A stretch of 64,000 nt of DNA from Pseudomonadota bacterium. Lineage in GTDB: Bacteria > Bdellovibrionota_B > Oligoflexia > Oligoflexales > CAIMVM01. This document shows positions 26,833-36,549 of this stretch, piece by piece. Position 1 is the stretch's first letter. Each line of letters begins with the position of its first letter. The position numbers and the translations under genes are program-made. Under the pieces are notes generated by a model that was given only the letters and a program-made list of their open reading frames with translations, was not told the origin of the DNA and ran no database searches. The stretch is from NCBI GenBank assembly GCA_037142195.1, contig JBAXBA010000001.1, forward strand, positions 32,001 to 96,000, in the 5' to 3' direction.

Positions 26833-27939
26833 TTGATACTTAAAAAAAGTGACTTTTCTTTTGAATACCCGTCTGAGCTCATTGCGCAGCATGCTTCAGA
26901 TCGACGAGACAAATCTAGGCTTCTAGTACGAAGTCGAAATGGAAAAATGGAAGAAAAGCGATTTGACGACATTTCGAATATTCTTGCACCCAATAGTTTA
27001 ATCATAACTAATAATACACGGGTTTTTCCTAGCCGGCTATTTTGCAAAACCGCAAGTGGTGGGACCGTGGAAATTTTCTTACTCACCCTTCCCCTGCCCC
27101 ATTTAGATGGGTCGGAAGTAGACTGCTTAGTAAAGCCATTTCGCAAATTTAAGGTGGGTCAGGTTTTTAAATTTCCAGAGGGACTTTCGGCTACAGTCGG
27201 GTTGATTCTAGAGTTACCCTCCGGCCCAGCCATAAAGATGATATTTGATCGCTCCCCAGAAGATCTTCTGACTTGGTGTTCTTTGTGGGGAACGATTCCA
27301 TTGCCACCTTATATCAAGCGCCCTAAGTCGACTCCAGCACCAAATGAAGCTGATCGCCAGCGCTACCAAACAGTCTATGCCAAAGAGCAAGGAAGTGTGG
27401 CTGCCCCTACTGCAGGACTGCACTTTACGGAAGAAGTATTTCAGCGCCTCAAAGAAAAGGGCATTAGGCATTTGGAGCTTACCCTTCATGTGGGTGCGGG
27501 GACCTTTCTTCCGGTAAAATCAGAAGATATTTCTGAGCACTTCATGCACACTGAACGTTTTTTTGTTTCTTCTCAGACCTGGAATGAAGTTCTCGCTCAC
27601 AAAGACAAGGGAGGATCCATCGTTGCGGTTGGAACAACATCATTTCGTACCCTTGAATCGTTAGCCAGAATGGCGGGCGACAGTCTTGTTTCAGGACTTT
27701 CATTTTGTGATCAGTGGCAATCCACAGATTTGTTTATCCGGCCAAAAACAAAAGATGAACGGTATGTTCCACGAGTGATAAACACATTGGTGACAAATTT
27801 CCACCAGCCGGAGTCCACATTATTTATGCTTATCTGCGCCTTATTGGGCTACGAAGAGGCTCATCGGACTTACCGATGGGCTATTGAGAAAGAGTTTCAG
27901 CTATTTAGTTACGGAGACTCGAGCATTCTCGAGTTATAG
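26833..27939 (+). CDS. queA: S-adenosylmethionine:tRNA ribosyltransferase-isomerase
   Basis: LIAQH, NNTRVFPSRL, PLPPYI, YQTVYA, GSVAAPTAGLHFT, LHVGAGTF, TNFHQPEST, FSYGD. Confidence 0.97.
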   Translation: MILKKSDFSFEYPSELIAQHASDRRDKSRLLVRSRNGKMEEKRFDDISNILAPNSLIITNNTRVFPSRLFCKTASGGTVEIFLLTLPLPHLDGSEVDCLVKPFRKFKVGQVFKFPEGLSATVGLILELPSGPAIKMIFDRSPEDLLTWCSLWGTIPLPPYIKRPKSTPAPNEADRQRYQTVYAKEQGSVAAPTAGLHFTEEVFQRLKEKGIRHLELTLHVGAGTFLPVKSEDISEHFMHTERFFVSSQTWNEVLAHKDKGGSIVAVGTTSFRTLESLARMAGDSLVSGLSFCDQWQSTDLFIRPKTKDERYVPRVINTLVTNFHQPESTLFMLICALLGYEEAHRTYRWAIEKEFQLFSYGDSSILEL

Positions 27940-27993
27940 CAAGTCCCAATAGTCTAGCTAACGATGAATTTTTTAAGTCTTATTCATACCAGC

Positions 27994-28593
27994 TTAATTC
28001 GGGCTTTCAATGACCTTGACTAAAAGCTGCAAATCTTCAATTTGTTGCTTCAGCATATTTATCCGAATATCTCTCGTAGACACCTCAAACTCTTGAGCCT
28101 TCAGCCGCGCGTTCCACTCGAGTTCTTTCGCCTTGTATTTTTCCTCTGCCATTGCAATGGTTTTATTGGCAAATTCAAGCACCTCTGCAATCGATTGATT
28201 TCCAATTGTTTTTTGCTCGGCCTCAATAGGGAATTTTCCTTTGAAGCTTGGCATCGGGAAGCTTTCTGCCAGGGTTGAGCGGCCATTCTCATGTGATTCA
28301 AAATGGACCTTAGGAAGGGTCTCATGTTTAAAATCAAAATCTAAATGGGAGTTTTGCCTAACGGAATTCTTAATAAGAGGCGCCCCTTGATACAAACGAT
28401 TTTCTTTTTTACTTGGTAGAAAATCGCTTTCCCCTTCGGGATGGGGTCTGTGATCTGCATCGACAGGTATAAAATACTTCCCTTCTCTAAGGGTTGCGTA
28501 TAATTTCCCATTTTTTATCCGACGACGAACCGTCATATCAGAAACGCTGAATTGTCTGGCATATTCAATAATAGACATCCATTGTTGAGCCAT
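27994..28593 (-). CDS. N-terminal HTH (MerR/excisionase-like) protein with C-terminal coiled coil
   Basis: WMSIIEYARQFSVSDMTVRRRIKNGKL; C-terminal heptads. Confidence 0.7.
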   Translation of the reverse strand: MAQQWMSIIEYARQFSVSDMTVRRRIKNGKLYATLREGKYFIPVDADHRPHPEGESDFLPSKKENRLYQGAPLIKNSVRQNSHLDFDFKHETLPKVHFESHENGRSTLAESFPMPSFKGKFPIEAEQKTIGNQSIAEVLEFANKTIAMAEEKYKAKELEWNARLKAQEFEVSTRDIRINMLKQQIEDLQLLVKVIESPN

Positions 28594-28801
28594 GTGACTT
28601 CTCCCATCATTTAGCTTGAGCCTTCTAGAATTCTAAAACCTGAAGCTGGAAATTTGGTAGGAAAATTTAGGCCACTCAACCTATCGCTATAAAATGACAA
28701 AAAATCAGCCTCTTACGTCGAATCTCCTATGAGAATATGCGTAGGTAATTCTTGCGCGCCCGCCATAAAAGGGTAACTTTTTAATGCTGCATGAAAACAC
28801 T

Positions 28802-31252
28802 CTAAATACTTGTTACTTTTATGACCCCATCTACAGCGTCTACCAAAAGTCTAGATAACAAGCCTTTATCATTGGCAATTATAAAACTAGCGATCTCATT
28901 TTCTACGGTGCCTTCGATTTTTCTTCGAAGTGGTCTTGCTCCGTATTGATTGGAGTCTATAGACGCCAAAATAGCAGCCTTGGCTCGCTCTGTTACATCT
29001 AGTGTAAATCCCAACTCGGAAACCTTCTTTTGTAAGTCTTTAATTTGGATATCAAGGATCTTCGAAAACTCAGGCTGATCCAACCGATGAAAGACAATGA
29101 TCTCGTCAAATCGATTGATTAGTTCTGGGCGCAAGTGCTTCTTAACTTCCCCCATTACTGCATCTAGATCCTTTACGGAAAAACTTTCTTCATCACTTAC
29201 GGAAAGTCCAACGGGCTTCTTTTTGTCCATTAATATATTGGAGCCAATATTGGAGGTGCCTACAATAATGCAATTTTCAAAACTTACCGTCTCACCTTCT
29301 CCATCAGTCAAGCGGCCATCATCTAAAATTTGAAGCAAGACATTAAAGACATCAGGATGTGCTTTTTCAAATTCATCCAAAAGGACCACGGAGTAAGGAT
29401 TATTTTTTATCTTTTCTGTGAGTTGTCCGCCCTCGCCATAACCGACATATCCCGGCGGAGATCCGATGAGCTTAGCAACATCATGACGTTCCATAAACTC
29501 AGACATATCAAGTCTTATAATCTTTGTTTCATCGTCAAGCACCTGTTCAGCTAATGCTTTGGCAAGCTCGGTTTTTCCTACACCAGTTGGCCCAAGAAAC
29601 AAAAATGAGGCGATGGGGGCGTGTCGCCTCCTCAACCCTGATCGATTGCGGCGAATGGCATTAGCGGCGGAATGAACAGCATGATCTTGACCAATCACCC
29701 GGCCTCCAATTGCAACTTCCAAATTCTTTAATTTTTCGCGCTCTTCAGCGATCATTTTCTTAACGGGAATTCCCGTTTGCTGACTTACCACATGGGCGAT
29801 ATCTTCGGCATTAACGATTCTCGCGCCTTTCGCCAGCGTGGAATTGGACTTAAGACGGAGCTCTTGGATGGTTGCTTCTAAAAGAGCGATCTTCATTTGA
29901 AAGCTCGCCATTTTTTCAAAGTCTTGCTCGTTAAATGCGGCGAGTTTCTGCTCTTCAAGTTTTTGTCTCTCGGTTTCTGCTGCCCGCATTTCCGGCGGGG
30001 TATAGATCACCTTGATTCGTTTGGCAGATCCCGCTTCGTCGATCAGGTCAATGGCTTTATCCGGAAGCTGTCTTGAAAGTATATAGCGATGGGAAAGCTG
30101 CGCCGCTGCTTCCAAGGCCTCATCGCTGAATTCTATTTGATGGTGAGATTCATACTTGGGTCTGATGCCTTTTAAAATATCTATGGTCTCCAAAACGGAG
30201 GGCTCCCTGACTTTTACTTTCTGAAACCTTCGTTCTAGGGCCTTATCGGATTCAATGTATTTTTTAAATTCTTTATTTGTAGTAGCTCCAATGCATTGCA
30301 ACAGCCCTCGCGCCAAGGCAGGCTTTAGCATATTAGAAGCATCGAGCCCGCCCCCTGAGCGGCCTGCCCCAACAACTGTATGAATTTCGTCGATAAATAA
30401 AATGACACTGCCTGCTGAGGCGACGACCTCATCTCTGATGCCTTTGAGTCTTTCTTCAAACTCACCCTGCATTTTAGCGCCAGCTATGAGAGAACCCATT
30501 TCCAGGGATAATATACGTTTATTTAGCAGAAACTCAGGCACATCCGCTGAAATTATTTTTTGGGCTAAACCTTCTACGATAACGGTTTTACCTACACCAG
30601 GCTCCCCCACTAAAATGGGGTTATTCTTTTTGCGACGAGACAATATTTCAATCACGCGCGCAATTTCTTCATCTCTTCCTAATACGGGATCAAGGGCACC
30701 CCGTCGCGCTAAAAAGGTAATATCGGTTGTATATTCATCTAAGGTCGACTGCCGACTTTCCGAATCCTTTTGATTTATTTTTTGATTGCCTCTAATGGTT
30801 TTAAGAGCTTCTTTGGATTTTTCGTAATCCATACCAATCTGTTGAAGCAGAAGCGAGGTGCCAGGAACCCCTTTATCAAAGAACGCTAAAAAAAGAGTCC
30901 CCGTGGAAATATAGCCATCAGAAAACTTAGCCCGTTCTTTTTCAGCAGCTTCAAAGAGATTTGAAACGTCTTTAGACAGTCTGATGGACCCGGAGGCGTC
31001 TCTAAGTTGGATCGGGGGGATCGTGTTAAGATGATCAAGAAGAGCCTCGGTTATGGCTCTCCTCTTTGCTTCAATATCGAGTCCAAGTTCACTCATAATC
31101 TTAATCGCTATAGAGTCTTTTTGCTCCATGAGCGTGAGAAGGATGAATTCACTGGTCACCAAACCCTTTCTAAGGTTGGCAAGTTCAGAAATCGTCTTTT
31201 GGAGAATTTCTGCGACTTTCATCGTCGAATTTTTTAAAAATCGTTGCGGCAT
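28802..31252 (-). CDS. clpC: ATP-dependent Clp protease ATP-binding subunit (ClpC-like)
   Basis: Clp N domain, two AAA+ modules ([16 protein letters not shown]), short M domain, PVGL loop. Confidence 0.85.
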   Translation of the reverse strand: MPQRFLKNSTMKVAEILQKTISELANLRKGLVTSEFILLTLMEQKDSIAIKIMSELGLDIEAKRRAITEALLDHLNTIPPIQLRDASGSIRLSKDVSNLFEAAEKERAKFSDGYISTGTLFLAFFDKGVPGTSLLLQQIGMDYEKSKEALKTIRGNQKINQKDSESRQSTLDEYTTDITFLARRGALDPVLGRDEEIARVIEILSRRKKNNPILVGEPGVGKTVIVEGLAQKIISADVPEFLLNKRILSLEMGSLIAGAKMQGEFEERLKGIRDEVVASAGSVILFIDEIHTVVGAGRSGGGLDASNMLKPALARGLLQCIGATTNKEFKKYIESDKALERRFQKVKVREPSVLETIDILKGIRPKYESHHQIEFSDEALEAAAQLSHRYILSRQLPDKAIDLIDEAGSAKRIKVIYTPPEMRAAETERQKLEEQKLAAFNEQDFEKMASFQMKIALLEATIQELRLKSNSTLAKGARIVNAEDIAHVVSQQTGIPVKKMIAEEREKLKNLEVAIGGRVIGQDHAVHSAANAIRRNRSGLRRRHAPIASFLFLGPTGVGKTELAKALAEQVLDDETKIIRLDMSEFMERHDVAKLIGSPPGYVGYGEGGQLTEKIKNNPYSVVLLDEFEKAHPDVFNVLLQILDDGRLTDGEGETVSFENCIIVGTSNIGSNILMDKKKPVGLSVSDEESFSVKDLDAVMGEVKKHLRPELINRFDEIIVFHRLDQPEFSKILDIQIKDLQKKVSELGFTLDVTERAKAAILASIDSNQYGARPLRRKIEGTVENEIASFIIANDKGLLSRLLVDAVDGVIKVTSI

Positions 31253-31263
31253 AGGGTTCTCCT

Positions 31264-31902
31264 TTAAGAGAGCCTCTTTTGTCTCCTTCGCTCTAAAATA
31301 AGCGAATCAAACAGCCAAAATGAAGCTCCCACTGTTATGGCACTATCTGCCACATTAAAATTGGGGAATGCATAATACCAGCCGAAGATATTCCATCTGA
31401 AGTCGATCCAATCAATGACATATCCAAGTCTGAGGCGATCGATGAAGTTTCCGATCGCTCCTGACAAGATAAGAGTTAATCCGAATTGCGCAAGTCTGTG
31501 ACGAAAAGGAGTTTGTAACATGTACAAAAATATCATCCCTACGGCGAAAACCGTAATCAAATGAAATAGGGGCTCGCGAATCTTATCATCAATATTAGCA
31601 AAAGAACCCCATGCCGCTCCTGGATTTCTCACATAAGAAAAATTTAAAGATAGAAAGTTTGTCTTGCCGTCGTTTGTACCCAAAATAAAGACGGGGTGAA
31701 AGGAACCTTGATATTCTCGATGGTTATCTTCAGATGAATAGACCATGAGTTTCGACTCAGAGGCCAACTTCGTGGCTTGGTCGAGAATAATACTACCTGA
31801 CAGTAGGAGCACTAAGAACATAAACGAGAGATATACAGCTTTCCGAAGCTCTCCACTTAAAGGTAATGGCAAATGAAAGGGCGGCTCTTTTAAAATTTTC
31901 AT
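31264..31902 (-). CDS. lspA: Lipoprotein signal peptidase II
   Basis: DQATK, NPGAAWG, GAIGNFIDRL..GYVIDWI, FNVADSAI. Confidence 0.95.
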   Translation of the reverse strand: MKILKEPPFHLPLPLSGELRKAVYLSFMFLVLLLSGSIILDQATKLASESKLMVYSSEDNHREYQGSFHPVFILGTNDGKTNFLSLNFSYVRNPGAAWGSFANIDDKIREPLFHLITVFAVGMIFLYMLQTPFRHRLAQFGLTLILSGAIGNFIDRLRLGYVIDWIDFRWNIFGWYYAFPNFNVADSAITVGASFWLFDSLILERRRQKRLS

Positions 31903-31957
31903 AACTTTCCTTGTGCTTAGGCAGGGCATCGTGACATTGTAGCAGAGCAATTCTATT

Positions 31958-32629
31958 GTGAGAACGGACTTAGTAATGTTTCATGCACCTGCCTATATTT
32001 TCGACTTTGACGGGGTCATTGCTGATAGCATGAGCATGCATATGTCCGCCTGGTCCCGAGCTCATCAAGAGATTTTCGGCCGAGAACTTATGCAGATCCA
32101 AAGAATTGCCGGTCTGGATTCGATCAAGATTGCACGAAAACTGGCCTTAGAAGCTCAAATGGCAGACCAATGGGAGCTTTTTTTGGCTAAAAAGCGCTCG
32201 CTAGTCCTTGAGTTGGTGGATACTATTGAACTCCTTCCAGGTGCCAAGGACTTTCTTTCTCAGCTGCAAAAATCTAAAGTGCCTCACGGAATTTGCACCA
32301 ATGCGAACAAAGCCTTTATTGAAAGGGTGCTGGGAAACCACAAAATCCCCATTCCTCTGCACATAACCGTAGACATGGTAGCTCGACCCAAGCCCCATCC
32401 TGAGCCCTACCTTAAAACCGTCGAGCTTCTGGAAGTTCCCTTAGCCCAACAAAGTGATGTCATCGTTTTTGAGGATTCTAGGCACGGCCTCAGAGCAGCA
32501 AAAGACGCCGGCCTCTATTGCATAGGGTTAACCACTATACATTCCAAGGAAGAACTGATTTCCGCAGGGGCCAAAAAGGTCTATGAAACCCTGGAAATGG
32601 CTTTGAGGGATCTTCCCTTAAATCCATAG
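31958..32629 (+). CDS. HAD-family phosphatase (beta-PGM-like)
   Basis: FDFDGVIADS, KPHPEPY, VFEDSRHG. Confidence 0.9.
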   Translation: MRTDLVMFHAPAYIFDFDGVIADSMSMHMSAWSRAHQEIFGRELMQIQRIAGLDSIKIARKLALEAQMADQWELFLAKKRSLVLELVDTIELLPGAKDFLSQLQKSKVPHGICTNANKAFIERVLGNHKIPIPLHITVDMVARPKPHPEPYLKTVELLEVPLAQQSDVIVFEDSRHGLRAAKDAGLYCIGLTTIHSKEELISAGAKKVYETLEMALRDLPLNP

Positions 32630-32749
32630 ATCCCTCTTATTTTGGTAAATAGCCCGCGAATTTTGGTACCGGACTCATAATATGCTACTGGCTGGCTCCT
32701 CTCCTTGATTAGCACGCTAAGAATCCCATTTTTGAGCAGAAACGGGCCG

Positions 32750-32981
32750 GCAGAGGTTGAAAAATGGGAAGTTCAGAAGAATAATTTGATAGTCGTCCCT
32801 GATCGACTTGTCTCCCAATCCATAAGACTTCAAATGGCAAGGGCAAGATATGGGCAAAAACACAAGACAGCAGGATCAAGCTTGACAAATAGGGAGCTAG
32901 TGTGAAAACACAACACCGCGTTCGGTCGGCCGGTGGCTCAAACTACGTGAAATCGACTGGCTCAATCTCGTGAAATTCCCA
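32750..32981 (+). mobile_element. IS21-family remnant: decayed istB 3' end plus right end
   Basis: VEKW...DRLVSQSIRLQM, then after a frameshift QGQDMGK (compare IstB DRLVH.S.RI.L.GESMRK). Tandem repeats TGGCTCAA..CGTGAAAT at 32934-32953 and 32958-32976 ending in CA. Confidence 0.65.
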
Positions 32982-33231
32982 TAAGATTTCGACTTACTTT
33001 TTCTGCCCCTACCTTTTGTAGGCCGAATTTACTACTCCCAATTGGGACCAAGCAAGTCTGTTTTCTTTTTATAATTTACCGAGCAGTTTTGTATAAATGT
33101 TCGACAGGCCGCAACTTTGTAAATATCTAATTTCCCCATTAATCGCTGGTGGTTACGTAACCTATAAGGCTTGGTTCGAGTCTTGCATTCGCATATTCCG
33201 AGTTCAGGTTTTTGAATTGGGGTGAACAGAT

Positions 33232-34281
33232 ATGTCGAACGAAACGCATTTGAAGAATACGAATGATGGTTTGACCCTAATGCAAATTCATTCCTTGAAA
33301 GAGGACCCTAGAAATCATGAGGGGCTATTGCAATTAAATGCCCTTCGTCAGAAATTTGAAGAAGATGGCCTTTTTCATGTATCGAGAGTTTGGGTTTGTA
33401 GTGAAATCTTAATCTGTCTGGCACTACACCTGCTCTGCTTCTTTTATTATAGGCAATACACTGCATTGTCCGTAATGCTCGATACGATAGTTTGCATACA
33501 TGTCGTTTGGTGGATTCATGATGCAGGTCATGAGGCCTATTTCAAAACTCAAAAGATAGCTCAGTTCGCTGCAGAGTCGATGGGCATAATTTTTTTAGGA
33601 ATGCCTCAGCTAGAATATCACTTTGACATTCATCGTCGGCACCATAGAAAGACTAACCTCTTAAAGCAGGATCCCGCTCTCGATACCGGGCCAGTCACTT
33701 GGCACCCTGCCCAGAGAAAATATGAATCGAAGCTCATTGCCATGTTACGGCCGGTTCTTTGGCTCGGAGTTATATTGCCATTTACCTGGCCAATTTTGAC
33801 TGTTCAATGCACTTGGATCCTCATGAAGCGCAAAAGTTGGCTGCGACTTTTGATAATCGCATTGCGCTGGGCCCTTTTTGTAGTTCTTTTCAAAGAGAAG
33901 TTGCTTCTGCTTATAATCCCTCCTCTAGTGACGGGTTTTGTTCTTGGACTATCAGCAAGTTTGAATCATTTTCATATGCCAATATGGCAGACAGAGAAGC
34001 CTTGGCTAAGCCGTGTTTTTATGTCTACTCAAAACATTCAACCTCAGAGCCGTTTTCTGGGCTGGCTGATGGGTGGGCTAAATTGCCATGTAGAACATCA
34101 TCTCTTTCCAAACATGCCGAGCCGTCATCTTCATAAGGCGTCTATTAGTGTTGAGCAGCTAGCGCAAAGACTCCGACTTCCCTACCATGCAAACGGGCTC
34201 CTGCCTTCATTTAACCTTTTGCTAAAAAAGTTGAATGAAAAAAACTCTCTAGCGTCCAATCGGGAGAATAAAAATGCGTAA
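33232..34281 (+). CDS. Membrane fatty acid desaturase
   Basis: His boxes HDAGH, HRRHH, HVEHHLFP; GGLN motif. Confidence 0.9.
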   Translation: MSNETHLKNTNDGLTLMQIHSLKEDPRNHEGLLQLNALRQKFEEDGLFHVSRVWVCSEILICLALHLLCFFYYRQYTALSVMLDTIVCIHVVWWIHDAGHEAYFKTQKIAQFAAESMGIIFLGMPQLEYHFDIHRRHHRKTNLLKQDPALDTGPVTWHPAQRKYESKLIAMLRPVLWLGVILPFTWPILTVQCTWILMKRKSWLRLLIIALRWALFVVLFKEKLLLLIIPPLVTGFVLGLSASLNHFHMPIWQTEKPWLSRVFMSTQNIQPQSRFLGWLMGGLNCHVEHHLFPNMPSRHLHKASISVEQLAQRLRLPYHANGLLPSFNLLLKKLNEKNSLASNRENKNA

Positions 34282-35344
34282 ATTTGAAAAAGTCATCAAA
34301 GAAGGGATGCGTCTTTCATCCGTTTTTCTTCCGCTGATTACGGTTGCAGGATTATACACCGGGGGGCTGTGGAGCTTTTCTGGTCTTTTTGCGGTTTTCG
34401 GTTTCTATCTCATTGTTGAAGTTTTTCTTGCTTCTACAGGGCTCGGAGTGGACACTACTTTTCATGAAGAACATGAAGAAAGTGAGAAAAAAATACTGTC
34501 CTTTTTGGATCTATATGGTCTAAAGATATTCTCCTTATTGCACTTGATGTCATTGGGCTTAGCTCTTGCGCTATTTTCGAAAACACCGTTTGGAATTGTT
34601 TGGATTGGCGGTATTCTATCGTTAGGAATTCAAGCAGGATCCGTCGGAGGTTTTGCAGGGCACGAATTCATGCACAGCAAAAATAATTTTGAAAGGCTAG
34701 TGGGAACGATCATATACGGAGCCATATATTATGCCCATTTTCGCATTTCCCACATCTACGGGCACCATCGAAATGTCGGCCTGGAGAGTGACTGGAGTAC
34801 GGCTCGAAGTGGAGAATCATACTATCATTTCTGGTATCGAGCTGTTGTCCACGGCTATTTGGGAGCTTGGGAATTGGAAAAAGAAAGATTACGAAGAAGG
34901 AAAAAGTCTTTTTTAAGCTATCATAACCGAGCACTATTGTACACAGGAAGCCAGCTACTGATGGTAGTTGCGGTCATCTTTTTGCTGAATTTTCAAGCCC
35001 TTTTAGCCCACTTGCTGATTTCTCTCGTAGCATGGTCTCAAATTGAAGCCATCAACTACATGTCTCACTATGGCCTAACAAGAAAGAAGGATACTTGGGG
35101 ACGTCCTGAAAAAGTATCTAGTAAGCACTCTTGGGAGTCTCCTAATAAGTCTACCAATTGGTTTGTATTTAATGCAGGCAAGCATTCTCACCATCACACT
35201 AATCAGACTGCTCAATTTCACGAACTTCGCATCGCTCACGAAGACCACTACATTCCCGTAGGACTCCCGGCAATGACCATTATTGCATTAATTCCGCCTC
35301 TGTATTACGCTTTAATGGATCCAAAAGTAGCACAGCGACGATAA
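34274..35344 (+). CDS. AlkB-like membrane di-iron monooxygenase
   Basis: HEFMH, SHIYGHH, STARSGES, NYMSHYGL, HSWE, HSHHH. Confidence 0.85.
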   Translation: MRKFEKVIKEGMRLSSVFLPLITVAGLYTGGLWSFSGLFAVFGFYLIVEVFLASTGLGVDTTFHEEHEESEKKILSFLDLYGLKIFSLLHLMSLGLALALFSKTPFGIVWIGGILSLGIQAGSVGGFAGHEFMHSKNNFERLVGTIIYGAIYYAHFRISHIYGHHRNVGLESDWSTARSGESYYHFWYRAVVHGYLGAWELEKERLRRRKKSFLSYHNRALLYTGSQLLMVVAVIFLLNFQALLAHLLISLVAWSQIEAINYMSHYGLTRKKDTWGRPEKVSSKHSWESPNKSTNWFVFNAGKHSHHHTNQTAQFHELRIAHEDHYIPVGLPAMTIIALIPPLYYALMDPKVAQRR

Positions 35345-35364
35345 ATTGCCAAAAGGGTTTCTAG

Positions 35365-36549
35365 GTGACTAAATTTCACACGGGATCTGTTCCAAGAGAA
35401 GAAGCTTTCAATCATGAACTTGCACGCCCAAGGTCTCGCTCTTATGCGCAGAAGGTCGTTGAAAAGCTTCTCAACGAGGCCGGTATTTCTGTCAATGGGA
35501 ATGAAGATTGGGATATTCAGGTTCACAACCATCGGTTCTACTCCGATGTGCTTTTGAGGCAAAGCCTAGGACTGGGCGAGTCCTACATGAGGGGGGATTG
35601 GTCGGCCAGGAGTCTTGACCTATTTATTGAAAAGCTTTTTCGCTCTGAAGTCAGTATCCGAAAACCTTATCCGGCAATTATTTTTCGGGAAACATTTAGT
35701 AGAATTTTAAATATGCAATCCCGACAAAGAGCAGCGCAGGTTTGTCAGATGCATTATGATCTCGACAATGATCTCTTCTGCAAAATGCTCGATGAAAGAA
35801 TGGTCTATACCTGTGCCTATTGGAACAATGCATCAACACTTGAGCAAGCACAGGTGAATAAACTAGAGCTCATTTGTAACAAGCTGGGGCTAGAGCCTGG
35901 CATGCGAGTTTTGGATATTGGCTGTGGATTTGGTTCTTTTATGAAATATGCCGCAGAGACACGGGGCGTCAGTTGCATAGGCTATTCGCTTTCGGAAAAG
36001 CAAACGTCCTATGGAAGAGATTCTTGTAAAGGTTTGCCAGTAGAATTTGTGCTTGATGATTATCGAAACATCAAAGGTAAATTTGATCGTGTCGTTTCCG
36101 TAGGAATGCTTGAAGCTGTAGGTCACAAAAATCTCTCTTCATTCATGTCTGTAGCTCATTCAGCCCTTTCTGAAGACGGCATAGCGTTGATTCACACGGT
36201 CGGTCACAATCACTCCACGGTTGTTGCTGATCCTTGGGTTGATAGATATATCTTTCCAAATGGACACTTGCCCTCCGTGTCTCAATTGGGCAGAGCCATA
36301 GAGAAAAAGTTTGTACTCGAGGACCTGCACAATTTTGGGCCCGACTATGTGCATACTTTACTCGAATGGAATCAGCGCTTTCAAAGAAATTGGCACACTT
36401 TAAAGAATCACTACAGTGAAGAATTCAAACGGATGTGGGAATTTTATCTGTTGTCGTTTGCGGGCGGTTTTCGCGCACGACGTTGGCAGCTTTTTCATCT
36501 AACCTTAACACCCATCGGGCGAGGCCAGCCCAAATGTCGAATCAGCTAA
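35365..36549 (+). CDS. cfa: Cyclopropane-fatty-acyl-phospholipid synthase / lipid methyltransferase
   Basis: LGLGESYM.GDW, HYDLDNDLF, YTCAYW, LDIGCGFG, YIFPNG, RMWEFYL. Confidence 0.93.
   Translation: MTKFHTGSVPREEAFNHELARPRSRSYAQKVVEKLLNEAGISVNGNEDWDIQVHNHRFYSDVLLRQSLGLGESYMRGDWSARSLDLFIEKLFRSEVSIRKPYPAIIFRETFSRILNMQSRQRAAQVCQMHYDLDNDLFCKMLDERMVYTCAYWNNASTLEQAQVNKLELICNKLGLEPGMRVLDIGCGFGSFMKYAAETRGVSCIGYSLSEKQTSYGRDSCKGLPVEFVLDDYRNIKGKFDRVVSVGMLEAVGHKNLSSFMSVAHSALSEDGIALIHTVGHNHSTVVADPWVDRYIFPNGHLPSVSQLGRAIEKKFVLEDLHNFGPDYVHTLLEWNQRFQRNWHTLKNHYSEEFKRMWEFYLLSFAGGFRARRWQLFHLTLTPIGRGQPKCRIS

Noticed and set aside
26808..27146. N-terminal 113 aa of ORF 25539-27146
   Set aside because: Antisense to conserved queA coding sequence.
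32934..32976. CRISPR-like repeat
   Set aside because: Only two ~20-bp copies with a 4-nt spacer and no cas genes; better explained as an IS21 end. No CRISPR array was seen anywhere in the window.
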